DNA from: Eledone cirrhosa
Lineage: Eukaryota
Direction: 5' to 3'
Length of the DNA stretch: 64,000 nucleotides
Assembly (NCBI GenBank): GCA_964016885.1
Contig: OZ024756.1
Coordinates: forward strand, 4,526,001 to 4,590,000
A model generated the notes under the pieces. It was given only the letters and a program-made list of their open reading frames with translations. It ran no database searches and was not told the origin of the DNA. The translations under genes and the position numbers were made by a program. Numbering within the stretch: position 1 is the first letter of the stretch; each line of letters begins with the position of its first letter. Shown here piece by piece: positions 13,814 through 30,100 of the stretch.

Positions 13814-16800
13814 GGAGATATACTGGAGATATACTGGAGATGTAGTAGAGATAAACTGGAGATATACTGGAAATATACTGGAGATATACTGAGATATACT
13901 GGAGATATACCTTAGATATACTTTAGATATACTGCAGATATACTGGAGATTTACTGGAGATATACTGGAGATTTACTGGAGAAATACTGGAGATATACTG
14001 GAGATATCCTGGAGATATCCTGTAGATATACTGAAGATATCCTGGAAATATCCTGGAGATATACTGGGGATATACTAGAGATATACTGGAGATATACTGG
14101 GGATATACTAGAGATATACTGAGATATACTGGAGATTTACTGGAGATATACTGGAGATATACTGGATATATACTGGAGATATACTGGATATATACTGGAG
14201 ATATCCTGGAGAAATCCTGGAGATATACTGGAGATATACTGGAGATATACCGGAGATATATTGTTGATATACTTAGATATACTGGAGATATACTGGAGAT
14301 ATACTGGATATATACTAGAGATATACTGGAGATATACTGGTTACATACTAGAGATATACTGGAGATATCCTGGTGATATACTGGAGATATACTGGAGATA
14401 TACTGGAGATATATTGTTGATATACTTAGATATACTGGAGATATACTGGAGATATACTGGAGATATACTGGATATATACTAGATATATACTGGAGATATA
14501 CTGGTTATATACTAGAGATATACTGGAGATATACTGGAGATATACTGGAGATATACTGGAGATATACTGGAGATATACTGGAGATATACTGGAGATATAC
14601 TGTAGATATACTGGAGATATACTGGGGATATACTGGAGATATACTGAGATATACTGTAGATATCCGAGAGATATACTGGAGATATACTGGAGATATACTG
14701 GAGATATACTGGAGATATACTGGAGATATACTGGGGATATAATGGAGATATACTGAGATATACTGTAGATATCCGAGAGATAAACTGGAGATATACTGGA
14801 GATATGCTGGAGATATACTGGTGATATACTGGAGATATCCTGGAGATATACTGGAGATATACTGGGGATATAATGGAGATATACTGAGATATACTGTAGA
14901 TATCCGAGAGATATACTGGAGATATGCTGGAGATATACTGGAGATATACTGGAGATATACTGGAGATATCCTGGAGATATACTGGAGATATACTGGAGAT
15001 ATACTGGGGATATAATGGAGATATACTGAGATATACTGTAGATATCCGAGAGATATACTGGAGATATACTGGAGATATACTGGAGATATACTGGAGATAT
15101 ACTGGAGATATACTGGAGATATACTGGAGATATACTGTAGATATACTGGAGATATACTGGAGATATACTGGAGATATACTGGAGATATACTGGAGATATA
15201 CTGGAGATATACTGGAGATATACTGGAGATATCCTGGAGATATCCTGGAGATATCCTGGAGATATACTGAAGATATCCTGGAGATATCCTGGAGATATAC
15301 TGGGGATATACTAGAGATATACTGAGATATACTGGAGATATACTGGAGATATACTGGAGATATACTGGAGATATCCTGGAGATATACTGTAGATGTAGTA
15401 GAGATATCCTGGAGATATACTGGAGATATACTGGAGATATACTGGAGATATACTGGAGATATACTGGAGATATACTGGAGATATACTGGAGATATACTGG
15501 AGATGTAGTAGAGATAAACTGGAGATATACTGGAAATATACTGGAGATATACTGAGATATACTGGAGATATACCTTAGATATACTTTAGATATACTGCAG
15601 ATATACTGGAGATATACTGGAGATATACTGGAGATTTACTGGAGATATACTGGAGATATACTGGAGATATCCTGGAGATATCCTGTAGATATACTGAAGA
15701 TATCCTTGAAATATCCTGGAGATATACTGGGGATATACTAGAGATATACTGGAGATATACTGGGGATATACTAGAGATATACTGAGATATACTGGAGATT
15801 TACTGGAGATATACTGGAGATATACTGGATATATACTGGAGATATCCTGGAGAAATCATGGAGATACACTGGAGATATACTGGAGATATACTGGAGATAT
15901 ATTGTTGATATACTTAGATATACTGGAGATATACTGGAGATATACTGGATATATACTAGAGATATACTGGAGATATACTGGTTACATACTAGAGATATAC
16001 TGGAGATATCCTGGTGATATACTGGAGATATACTGGAGATATACTGGAGATATATTGTTGATATACTTAGATATACTGGAGATATACTTGAGATATACTG
16101 GATATATACTAGATATATACTGGAGATATACTGGTTATATACTAGAGATATACTGGAGATATACTGGAGATATACTGGAGATATACTGGAGATATACTGG
16201 AGATATACTGGAGATATACTGGAGATATACTGTAGATATACTGGAGATATACTGGGGATATACTGGAGATATACTGAGATATACTGTAGATATCCGAGAG
16301 ATATACTGGAGATATACTGGAGATATACTGGAGATATACTGGAGATATACTGGAGATATACTGGGGATATAATGGAGATATACTGAGATATACTGTAGAT
16401 ATCCGAGAGATAAACTGGAGATATACTGGAGATATGCTGGAGATATACTGGTGATATACTGGAGATATCCTGGAGATATACTGGAGATATACTGGGGATA
16501 TAATGGAGATATACTGAGATATACTTCAGATATCCGAGAGATATACTGGAGATATCCTGGAGATACACAGGAGATATACTGGAGATATCCTGGAGATATA
16601 CTGGAGATATAGTGGAGATATACTGGGGTTATAATGGAGATATACTGAGATATACTGTAGATATCCGAGAGATATACTGGAGATATGCTGGAGATATACT
16701 GGAGATATACTGGAGATATACTGGAGATATCCTGGAGATATACTGGAGATATACTGGAGATATACTGGGGATATAATGGAGATATACTGAGATATACTGT

Positions 16801-19800
16801 AGATATCCGAGAGATATACTGGAGATATACTGGAGATATACTGGAGATATACTGGAGATATACTGGAGATATACTGGAGATATACTGGAGATATACTGGA
16901 GATATACTGGAGATATACTGGAGATATACTGGAGATATACTGGAGATATACTGGAGATATACTGGAGATATACTGGAGATATACTGGAGATATACTGGAG
17001 ATATACTGGAGATATACTGGAGATATACTGAGATATACTGGGGATATACTTTAGAGATACTGCAGATATACTGGAGATATACTGGAGATATACTGGAGAT
17101 GTAGTAGAGATAAACTGGAGATAAACTGGAGATATACTGGAGATATGCTGGAGATATACTGGAGATATACTGGAGATATACTGGAGATATACTGGAGATA
17201 TACTGGAGATATACTGGAGATATACTGGAGATATACTGGGGATATACTGGAGATATACTGGAGATATACTGGAGATATACTGGAGATATACTGGAGATAT
17301 ACTGGAGATATACTGAGATATACTGGGGATATACTTTAGATATACTTTAGATATACTGCAGATATACTTGAGATATACTGGAGATATATTGGAGATTTAC
17401 TGGAGATTTACTGGAGATATACTGGAGATATACTGGAGATATCCTGGAGATATCCTGGAGATATCCTGGAGATATACTGAAGATATCCTGGAGATATCCT
17501 GGAGATATACTGGGGATATACTAGAGATATACTGAGATATACTGGAGATATACTGGAGATATACTGGAGATTTCCTGGAGATATCCTGGAGATATACTGG
17601 AGATATACTGTAGATATAGTAGAGATATCCTGGAGATATACTGGAGATATACTGGAGATATACTGGAGATATACTGGAGATATACTGGAGATATACTGGA
17701 GATGTAGTAGAGATAAACTGGAGATATACTGGAAATATACTGGAGATATACTGAGATATATTGGAGATATACCTTAGATATACCTTAGATATACTTCAGA
17801 TTTACTGGAGATATACTGGAGATATACTGGAGATATCCTGGAGATATCCTGGAGATATACTGAAGATATCCTGGAGATATCCTGGAGATATACTGGGGAT
17901 ATACTAGAGATATACTGGAGATATACTGGGGATATACTAGAGATATACTGAGATATACTGGAGATTTACTGGAGATATACTGGAGATATACTGGAGATAT
18001 ACTGGAGATATCCTGGAGATATCCTGGAGATATACTGGAGATATACTGGAGATATACTGGATATATACTAGAGATATACTGGAGATATACTGGTTATATA
18101 CTAGAGATATACTGGAGATATACTGGAGATATACTGGAGATATACCTGAGATATACTGGAGATATACTGGAGATATACTGGAGATATACTGGAGATAAAC
18201 TGGAGATATACTGGAGATAAACTCGTGATATACTGGAGATATACTGGAGATATGCTGGTGATATACTGGAGATATGCTGGGGTTATGCTGGAGATATACT
18301 GGAGATATACTGGAGATATACTGGAGATATACTGCAGATATACTGCATATATACTGGAGTTATACTGGAGATATACTGGAGATATACTGGAGATATACTG
18401 GAGATATACTGAGATATACTGGGGATATACTTTAGATATACTTTAGATATACTGCAGATATACTTGAGATATACTGGAGATATACTGGAGATTTACTGGA
18501 GATTTACTGGAGATTTACTGGAGATTTACTGGAGATATACTGGAGATATACTGGAGATATCCTGGAGATATACTGTAGATGTAGTAGAGATATCCTGGAG
18601 ATATACTGGAGATATACTGGAGATATACTGGAGATGTACTGGAGATATACTGGAGATATACTGGAGATATACTGGAGATATACTGGAGATGTAGTAGAGA
18701 TAAACTGGAGATATACTGGAAATATACTGGAGATATACTGAGATATACTGGAGATATACCTTAGATATACTTTAGATATACTGCAGATATACTGGAGATA
18801 TACTGGAGATATACTGGAGATATACTGGTTATATACTAGAGATATACTGGAGATATACTGGAGATATACTGGAGATATACTAGAGATATACTGGAGATAT
18901 ACTGGAGATATACTAGAGATATACTGGAGATATACTGGAGATATATTGTTGATATACTTAGATATACTGGAGATATACTGGTTACATACTAGAGATATTC
19001 TGGAGATATCCTGGAGATACACTGGAGATATACTGGAGATATACTGGAGATATATTGTTGATATACTTAGATATACTGGAGATATACTGGAGATATACTG
19101 GAGATATACTGGTTATATACTAGAGATATACTGGAGATATACTGGAGATATACTGGAGATATACTGGAGATATACTGGAGATATACTGGAGATATACTGG
19201 AGATATGCTGGAGATATACTGGAGATATACTGGAGATATACTGGAGATATACTGGGGATATACTGGAGATATACTGGAGATATACTGGAGATATACTGGA
19301 GATATACTGGAGATATACTGGAGATATGCTGGAGATATCCTGGAGATATACTGTAGATATACTGGAGATATACTGGGGATATACTGGAGATATACTGAGA
19401 TATACTGTAGATATCCGAGAGATATACTGGAGATATACTGGAGATATACTGGAGATATACTGGAGATATACTGGAGATATACTGGGGATATAATGGAGAT
19501 ATACTGAGATATACTGTAGATATCCGAGAGATAAACTGGAGATATACTGGAGATATGCTGGAGATATACTGGTGATATACTGGAGATATCCTGGAGATAT
19601 ACTGGAGATATACTGGGGATATAATGGAGATATACTGAGATATACTTCAGATATCCGAGAGATATACTGGAGATATCCTGGAGATATACAGGAGATATAC
19701 TGGAGATATCCTGGAGATATACTGGAGATATACTGGAGATATACTGGGGATATAATGGAGATATACTGAGATATACTGTAGATATCCGAGAGATATACTG

Positions 19801-21189
19801 GAGATATGCTGGAGATATACTGGAGATATACTGGAGATATCCTGGAGATATACTGGAGATATACTGGAGATATACTGGGGATATAATGGAGATATACTGA
19901 GATATACTGTAGATATCCGAGAGATATACTGGAGATATACTGGAGATATACTGGAGATATACTGGAGATATACTGTAGATATACTGGAGATATACTGGAG
20001 ATATACTGGAGATATACTGGAGATATACTGGAGATAGACTGGAGATATACTGGAGATATACTGGAGATATACTGGAGATATACTGGAGATATACTGGAGA
20101 TATACTGAGATATACTGGGGATATACTTTAGATATACTGCAGATATACTGGAGATATACTGGAGATGTAGTAGAGATAAACTGGAGATAAACTGGAGATG
20201 AACTGGAGATATACTGGAGATATACTGGAGATATACTGGAGATATACTGGAGATATACTGGAGATATACTGGAGATATACTGGAGATATACTGGAGATAT
20301 ACTGGAGATATACTGGGGATATACTGGAGATATACTGGAGATATACTGGAGATATACTGGAGATATACTGGAGATATACTGGAGATAAATTGAGATATAC
20401 TGGGGATATACTTTAGATATACTTTAGATATACTGCAGATATACTTGAGATATACTGGAGATATATTGGAGATTTACTGGAGATTTACTGGAGATATACT
20501 GGAGATATACTGGAGATATCCTGGAGATATCCTGGAGATATCCTGGAGATATACTGAAGATATCCTGGAGATATCCTGGAGATATACTGGGGATATACTA
20601 GAGATATACTGAGATATACTGGAGATATACTGGAGATATACTGGAGATATACTGGAGATATACTGGAGATATCCTGGAGATATCCTGGAGATATACTGGA
20701 GATATACTGGAGATATACTGGAGATATACTGGAGATATACTGTAGATGTAGTAGAGATATCCTGGAGATATACTGGAGATATACTGGAGATATACTGGAG
20801 ATATACTGGAGATATACTGGAGATATACTGGAGATATACTGGAGATATACTGGAGATGTAGTAGAGATAAACTGCAGATATACTGGAAATATACTGGAGA
20901 TATACTGAGATATACTGGAGATATACCTTAGATATACCTTAGATATACTTTAGATTTACTGGAGATATACTGAAGATATACTGGAGATATCCTGGAGATA
21001 TCCTGGAGATATACTGAAGATTTCCTGGAGATATCCTGGAGATATACTGGGGATATACTAGAGATATACTGAGATATACTGGAGATTTACTGGAGATATA
21101 CTGGAGATATACTGGAGATATACTGGAGATATCCTGGAGATATCCTGGAGATACACTGGAGATATACTGGAGATATACTGGAGATATAT

Positions 21190-24100
21190 TGTTGATATAC
21201 TTAGATATACTGGAGATATACTGGAGATATACTGGATATATACTAGAGATATACTGGAGATATACTGGTTATATACTAGAGATATACTGGAGATATACTG
21301 GAGATATACTGGAGATATACCTGAGATATACTGGAGATATACTGGAGATATACTGGAGATATACTGGAGATAAACTGGAGATATACTGGAGATAAACTCG
21401 AGATATACTGGAGATATACTGGAGATATGCTGGTGATATACTGGAGATATGCTGGGGTTATGCTGGAGATATACTGGAGATATTCTGGAGATATAATGAG
21501 ATATAATGAGATATACTGAGATATACTGAGACATACTGGAGATATACTGGAGATATACTGGAAATATACTGAAGATATCCTGGAGATATCCTGGAGATAC
21601 ACTGGAGATATACTGGAGATATACTGGAGATATATTGTTGATATACTTAGATATACTGGAGATATACTGGAGATATACTGGATATATACTAGAGATATAC
21701 TGGAGATATACTGGTTACATACTAGAGATATACTGGAGATATCCTGGAAATACACTGGAGATATACTGGAGATATACTGGAGATATATTGTTGATATACT
21801 TAGATATACTGGAGATATACTGGTTATATACTAGAGATATACTGGAGATATACTGGAGATATACTGGAGATATACTGGAGATATACTGGAGATATACTAG
21901 AGATATACTGGAGATATACTGGAGATATATTGTTGATATACTTAGATATACTGGAGATATACTGGTTACATACTAGAGATATTCTGGAGATATCCTGGAG
22001 ATACACTGGAGATATACTGGAGATATACTGGAGATATATTGTTGATATACTTAGATATACTGGAGATATACTGGAGATATACTGGAGATATACTGGTTAT
22101 ATACTAGAGATATACTGGAGATATACTGGAGATATACTGGAGATATACTGGAGATATACTGGAGATATACTGGAGATATGTTGGAGATATACTGGAGATA
22201 TACTGGAGATATACTGGAGATATACTGGGGATATACTGGAGATATACTGGAGATATACTGGAGATACACTGGAGATATACTGGAGATATACTGGAGATAT
22301 GCTGGAGATATCCTGGAGATATACTGTAGATATACTGGAGATATACTGGGGATATACTGGAGATATACTGAGATATACTGGAGATATACTGAGATATACT
22401 GTAGATATCCGAGAGATATACTGGAGATATACTGGAGATATACTGGAGATATACTGGAGATATACTGGAGATATACTTGAGATATACTGGGGATATAATG
22501 GAGATATACTGAGATATACTGTAGATATCCGAGAGATAAACTGGAGATATACTGGAGATATGCTGGAGATATACTGTTGATATACTGGAGATATCCTGGA
22601 GATATACTGGAGATATACTGGGGATATAATGGAGATATACTGAGATATACTTCAGATATCCGAGAGATATACTGGAGATATCCTGGAGATATACAGGAGA
22701 TATACTGGAGATATCCTGGAGATATACTGGAGATATACTGGAGATATACTGGGGATATAATGGAGATATACTGAGATATACTGTAGATATCCGAGAGATA
22801 TACTGGAGATATGCTGGAGATATACTGGAGATATACTGGAGATATACTGGAGATATCCTGGAGATATACTGGAGATATACTGGAGATATACTGGGGATAT
22901 AATGGAGATATACTGAGATATACTGTAGATATCCGAGAGATATACTGGAGATATACTGGAGATATACTGGAGATATACTGGAGATATACTGTAGATATAC
23001 TGGAGATATACTGGAGATATACTGGAGATATACTGGAGATATACTGGAGATATACTGGAGATATACTGGAGATATACTGGAGATATACTGGAGATATACT
23101 GGAGATATACTGAGATATACTGGGGATATACTTTAGATATACTGCAGATATACTGGAGATATACTGGAGATATACTGGAGATGTAGTAGAGATAAACTGG
23201 AGATAAACTGGAGATATACTGGAGATATACTGGAGATATACTGGAGATATACTGGAGATATACTGGAGATATACTGGAGATATACTGGAGATATACTGGA
23301 GATATACTGGAGATATACTGGAGATATACTGGGGATATACTGGAGATATACTGGAGATATACTGGAGATATACTGGAGATATACTGGAGATATACTGGAG
23401 ATAAATTGAGATATACTGGGGATATACTTTAGATATACTTTAGATACATTGCAGATATACTTGAGATATACTGGAGATATATTGGAGATTTACTGGAGAT
23501 TTACTGGAGATATACTGGAGATATACTGGAGATATCCTGGAGATATCCTGGAGATATCCTGGAGATATCCTGGAGATATACTGAAGATATCCTGGAGATA
23601 TCCTGGAGATATACTGGGGATATACTAGAGATATACTGAGATATACTGGAGATATACTGGAGATATACTGGAGATATACTGGAGATATACTGGAGATATC
23701 CTGGAGATATCCTGGAGATATACTGGAGATATACTGGAGATATACTGTAGATGTAGTAGAGATATCCTGGAGATATACTGGAGATATACTGGAGATATAC
23801 TGGAGATATACTGGAGATATACTGGAGATATACTAGAGATATACTGGAGATATACTGGAGATATATTGTTGATATACTTAGATATACTGGAGATATACTG
23901 GTTACATACTAGAGATATTCTGGAGATATCCTGGAGATACACTGGAGATATACTGGAGATATACTGGAGATATATTGTTGATATACTTAGATATACTGGA
24001 GATATACTGGAGATATACTGGAGATATACTGGTTATATACTAGAGATATACTGGAGATATACTGGAGATATACTGGAGATATACTGGAGATATACTGGAG

Positions 24101-27100
24101 ATATACTGGAGATATACTGGAGATATGCTGGAGATATACTGGAGATATACTGGAGATATACTGGAGATATACTGGGGATATACTGGAGATATACTGGAGA
24201 TATACTGGAGATATACTGGAGATATACTGGAGATATACTGGAGATATGCTGGAGATATCCTAGAGATATACTGTAGATATACTGGAGATATACTGGGGAT
24301 ATACTGGAGATATACTGAGATATACTGGAGATATACTGGAGATATACTGGAGATATACTTGAGATATACTGGGGATATAATGGAGATATACTGAGATATA
24401 CTGTAGATATCCGAGAGATAAACTGGAGATATACTGGAGATATGCTGGAGATATACTGTTGATATACTGGAGATATCCTGGAGATATACTGGAGATATAC
24501 TGGGGATATAATGGAGATATACTGAGATATACTTCAGATATCCGAGAGATATACTGGAGATATCCTGGAGATATACAGGAGATATACTGGAGATATCCTG
24601 GAGATATACTGGAGATATACTGGAGATATACTGGGGATATAATGGAGATATACTGAGATATACTGTAGATATCCGAGAGATATACTGGAGATATGCTGGA
24701 GATATACTGGAGATATACTGGAGATATACTGGAGATATCCTGGAGATATACTGGAGATATACTGGAGATATACTGGGGATATAATGGAGATATACTGAGA
24801 TATACTGTAGATATCCGAGAGATATACTGGAGATATACTGGAGATATACTGGAGATATACTGGAGATATACTGTAGATATACTGGAGATATACTGGAGAT
24901 ATACTGGAGATATACTGGAGATATACTGGAGATATACTGGAGATATACTGGAGATATACTGGAGATATACTGGAGATATACTGGAGATATACTGAGATAT
25001 ACTGGGGATATACTTTAGATATACTGCAGATATACTGGAGATATACTGGAGATACACTGGAGATGTAGTAGAGATAAACTGGAGATAAACTGGAGATATA
25101 CTGGAGATATACTGGAGATATACTGGAGATATACTGGAGATATACTGGAGATATACTGGAGATATACTGGAGATATACTGGAGATATACTGGAGATATAC
25201 TGGGGATATACTGGAGATATACTGGAGATATACTGGAGATATACTGGAGATATACTGGAGATATACTGGAGATAAATTGAGATATACTGGGGATATACTT
25301 TAGATATACTTTAGATATACTGCAGATATACTTGAGATATACTGGAGATATATTGGAGATTTACTGGAGATTTACTGGAGATATACTGGAGATATACTGG
25401 AGATATCCTGGAGATATCCTGGAGATATCCTGGAGATATCCTGGAGATATACTGAAGATATCCTGGAGATATCCTGGAGATATACTGGGGATATACTAGA
25501 GATATACTGAGATATACTGGAGATATACTGGAGATATACTGGAGATATACTGGAGATATACTGGAGATATCCTGGAGATATCCTGGAGATATACTGGAGA
25601 TATACTGGAGATATACTGTAGATGTAGTAGAGATATCCTGGAGATATACTGGAGATATACTGGAGATATACTGGAGATATACTGGAGATATACTGGAGAT
25701 ATACTGGAGATATACTGTAGATGTAGTAGAGATAAACTGCAGATATACTGGAAATATACTGGAGATATACTGAGATATACTGGAGATATACTTAGATATA
25801 CTGGAGATATACTGGAGATATACTGGCTATATACTAGAGATATACTGGAGATATACTGGTTATATACTAGAGATATACTGGAGATATACTGGAGATATAC
25901 TGGAGATATACTGGAGATATACCTGAGATATACTGGAGATATACTGGAGATATACTGGAGATATACTGGAGATAAACTGGAGATATACTGGAGATAAACT
26001 CGAGATATACTGGAGATATACTGGAGATATACTGGAGATATGCTGGTGATATACTGGAGATATACTGGAGATATGCTGGGGTTATGCTGGAGATATACTG
26101 GAGATATTCTGGAGATATAATGAGATATAATAAGATATACTGAGATATACTGAGACATACTGGAGATATACTGGAGATATACTGGAAATATACTGGAGAT
26201 ATACTGCAGATATACTGGAGATATCCTGGAGATACACTGGAGATATACTGGAGATATACTGGAGATATATTGTTGATATACTTAGATATACTGGAGATAT
26301 TCTGGAGATATACTGGATATATACTAGAGATATACTGGAGATATACTGGTTATATACTAGAGATATACTGGAGATATACTGGAGATATACTGGAGATATA
26401 CTGGAGATATACTGGAGATATACTGGAGATATGCTGGAGATATCCTGGAGATATACTGTAGATATACTGGAGATATACTGGGGATATACTGGAGATATAC
26501 TGAGATATACTGTAGATATCCGAGAGATATACTGGAGATATACTGGAGATATACTGGAGATATACTGGAGATATACTGGAGTTATACTGGGGATATAATG
26601 GAGATATACTGGGATATACTGTAGATATCCGAGAGATAAACTGGAGATATACTGGAGATATGCTGGAGATATACTGGTGATATACTGGAGATATCCTGGA
26701 GATATACTGGAGATATACTGGGGATATAATGGAGATATACTGAGATATACTTTAGATATCCGAGAGATATACTGGAGATATCCTGGAGATATATAGGAGA
26801 TATACTGGAGATATCCTGGAGATATACTGGAGATATACTGGAGATATACTGGGGATATAATGGAGATATACTGAGACATACTGTAGATATCCGAGAGATA
26901 TACTGGAGATATGCTGGAGATATACTGGAGATATACTGGAGATATACTGGAGATATCCTGGAGATATACTGGAGATATACTGGAGATATACTGGGGATAT
27001 AATGGAGATATACTGAGATATACTGTAGATATCCGAGAGATATACTGGAGATATACTGGAGATATACTGGAGATATACTGGAGATATACTGGAGATATAC

Positions 27101-30100
27101 CGTAAATATACTGGAGATATACTGGAGCTATACTGGAGATATACTGGAGATATACTGGAGATATACTGGAGATATACTGGAGATATACTGGAGATATACT
27201 GGAGATATACTGGAGATATACTGAGATATACTGGGGATATACTTTAGATATCCTGCAGATATACTGGAGATATACTGGAGATATACTGGAGATGTAGTAG
27301 AGATAAACTGGAGATAAACTGGAGATATACTGGAGATATACTGGAGATATACTGGAGATATACTGGAGATATACTAGGGATATACTGGGGATATACTGGA
27401 GATATACTGGAGATATACTGGAGATATACTGGAGATATACTGGAGATATACTGGAGATATACTGGAGATATACTGGAGATATACTGGAGATATACTGGAG
27501 ATATACTGAGATATACTGGGGATATACTTTAGATATACTTTAGATATACTGCAGATATACTTGAGATATACTGGAGAAATACTGGAGATTTACTGGAGAT
27601 TTACTGGAGATATACTGGAGATATCCTGGAGATATCCTGGAGATATCCTGGAGATATACTGAAGATATCCTGGAGATATCCTGGAGATATACTGGGGATA
27701 TACTAGAGATATACTGAGATATACTGGAGATATACTGGAGATATACTGGAGATATACTGGAGATATACTGAGATATACTGGAGATATACCTTAGATATAC
27801 TTTAGATATACTGCAGATATACTGGAGATATACTGGAGATATACTGGAGATAAACTGGAGATATACTGGAGATAAACTCGAGATATACTGGAGATATACT
27901 GGAGATATGCTGGTGATATACTGGAGATATGCTGGGGTTATGCTGGAGATATACTGGAGATATTCTGGAGATATAATGAGATATAATGAGATATACTGAG
28001 ATATACTGAGACATACTGGAGATATACTGCAGATATACTGGAGATATCCTGGAGATACACTGGAGATATACTGGAGATATATTGTTGATATACTTAGATA
28101 TACTGGAGACATACTGGAGATATACTGGATATATACTAGAGATATACTGGAGATATACTGGTTATATACTAGAAATATACTGGAGATATACTGGAGATAT
28201 ACTGGAGATATACTGGAGATATACTGGAGATATACTGGAGATATGCTGGAGATATCCTGGAGATATACTGTGGATATACTGGAGATATCCTGGAGATACA
28301 CTGGAGATATACTGGAGATATACTGGAGATATATTGTTGATATACTTAGATATACTGGAGATATACTGGAGATATACTGGATATATACTAGAGATATACT
28401 GGAGATATACTGGTTATATACTAGAGATATACTGGAGATATACTGGAGATATACTGGAGATATACCTGAGATATACTGGAGATATACTGGAGATATACTG
28501 GAGATATACTGGAGATAAACTGGAGATATACTGGAGATAAACTCGAGATATACTGGAGATATACTGGAGATATGCTGGTGATATACTGGAGATATGCTGG
28601 GGTTATGCTGGAGATATACTGGAGATATTCTGGAGATATAATGAGATATAATGAGATATACTGAGATATACTGAGACATACTGGAGATATACTGGAGATA
28701 TACTGGAAATATACTGAAGATATCCTGGAGATATCCTGGAGATACACTGGAGATATACTGGAGATATACTGGAGATATATTGTTGATATACTTAGATATA
28801 CTGGAGATATACTGGAGATATACTGGATATATACTAGAGATATACTGGAGATATACTGGTTACATACTAGAGATATACTGGAGATATCCTGGAAATACAC
28901 TGGAGATATACTGGAGATATACTGGAGATATATTGTTGATATACTTAGATATACTGGAGATATACTGGTTATATACTAGAGATATACTGGAGATATACTG
29001 GAGATATACTGGAGATATACTGGAGATATACTGGAGATATACTAGAGATATACTGGAGATATACTGGAGATATATTGTTGATATACTTAGATATACTGGA
29101 GATATACTGGTTACATACTAGAGATATTCTGGAGATATCCTGGAGATACACTGGAGATATACTGGAGATATACTGGAGATATATTGTTGATATACTTAGA
29201 TATACTGGAGATATACTAGAGATATACTGGAGATATACTGGTTATATACTAGAGATATACTGGAGATATACTGGAGATATACTGGAGATATACTGGAGAT
29301 ATACTGGAGATATACTGGAGATATGCTGGAGATATACTGGAGATATACTGGAGATATACTGGAGATATACTGGGGATATACTGGAGATATACTGGAGATA
29401 TACTGGAGATATACTGGAGATATACTGGAGATATACTGGAGATATGCTGGAGATATCCTGGAGATATACTGTAGATATACTGGAGATATACTGGGGATAT
29501 ACTGGAGATATACTGAGATATACTGGAGATATACTGAGATATACTGTAGATATCCGAGAGATATACTGGAGATATACTGGAGATATACTGGAGATATACT
29601 GGAGATATACTGGAGATATACTTGAGATATACTGGGGATATAATGGAGATATACTGAGATATACTGTAGATATCCGAGAGATAAACTGGAGATATACTGG
29701 AGATATGCTGGAGATATACTGTTGATATACTGGAGGTATCCTGGAGATATACTGGAGATATACTGGGGATATAATGGAGATATACTGAGATATACTTCAG
29801 ATATCCGAGAGATATACTGGAGATATCCTGGAGATATACAGGAGATATACTGGAGATATCCTGGAGATATACTGGAGATATACTGGAGATATACTGGGGA
29901 TATAATGGAGATATACTGAGATATACTGTAGATATCCGAGAGATATACTGGAGATATGCTGGAGATATACTGGAGATATACTGGAGATATACTGGAGATA
30001 TCCTGGAGATATACTGGAGATATACTGGAGATATACTGGGGATATAATGGAGATATACTGAGATATACTGTAGATATCCGAGAGATATACTGGAGATATA

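Larger units (their letters stand above)
1..17992 (+). repeat. Near-identical ~9,035-bp higher-order tandem duplication (1-8968 matches 9036-17992)
   Basis: More than 30 ORF-track entries recur at offset exactly 9035. The offset shifts to 9013 and then 9024 after whole-monomer indels. Substitutions noticed: 3176A/12211T, 6672G/15707T, 8737C/17761T. Confidence 0.95.
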
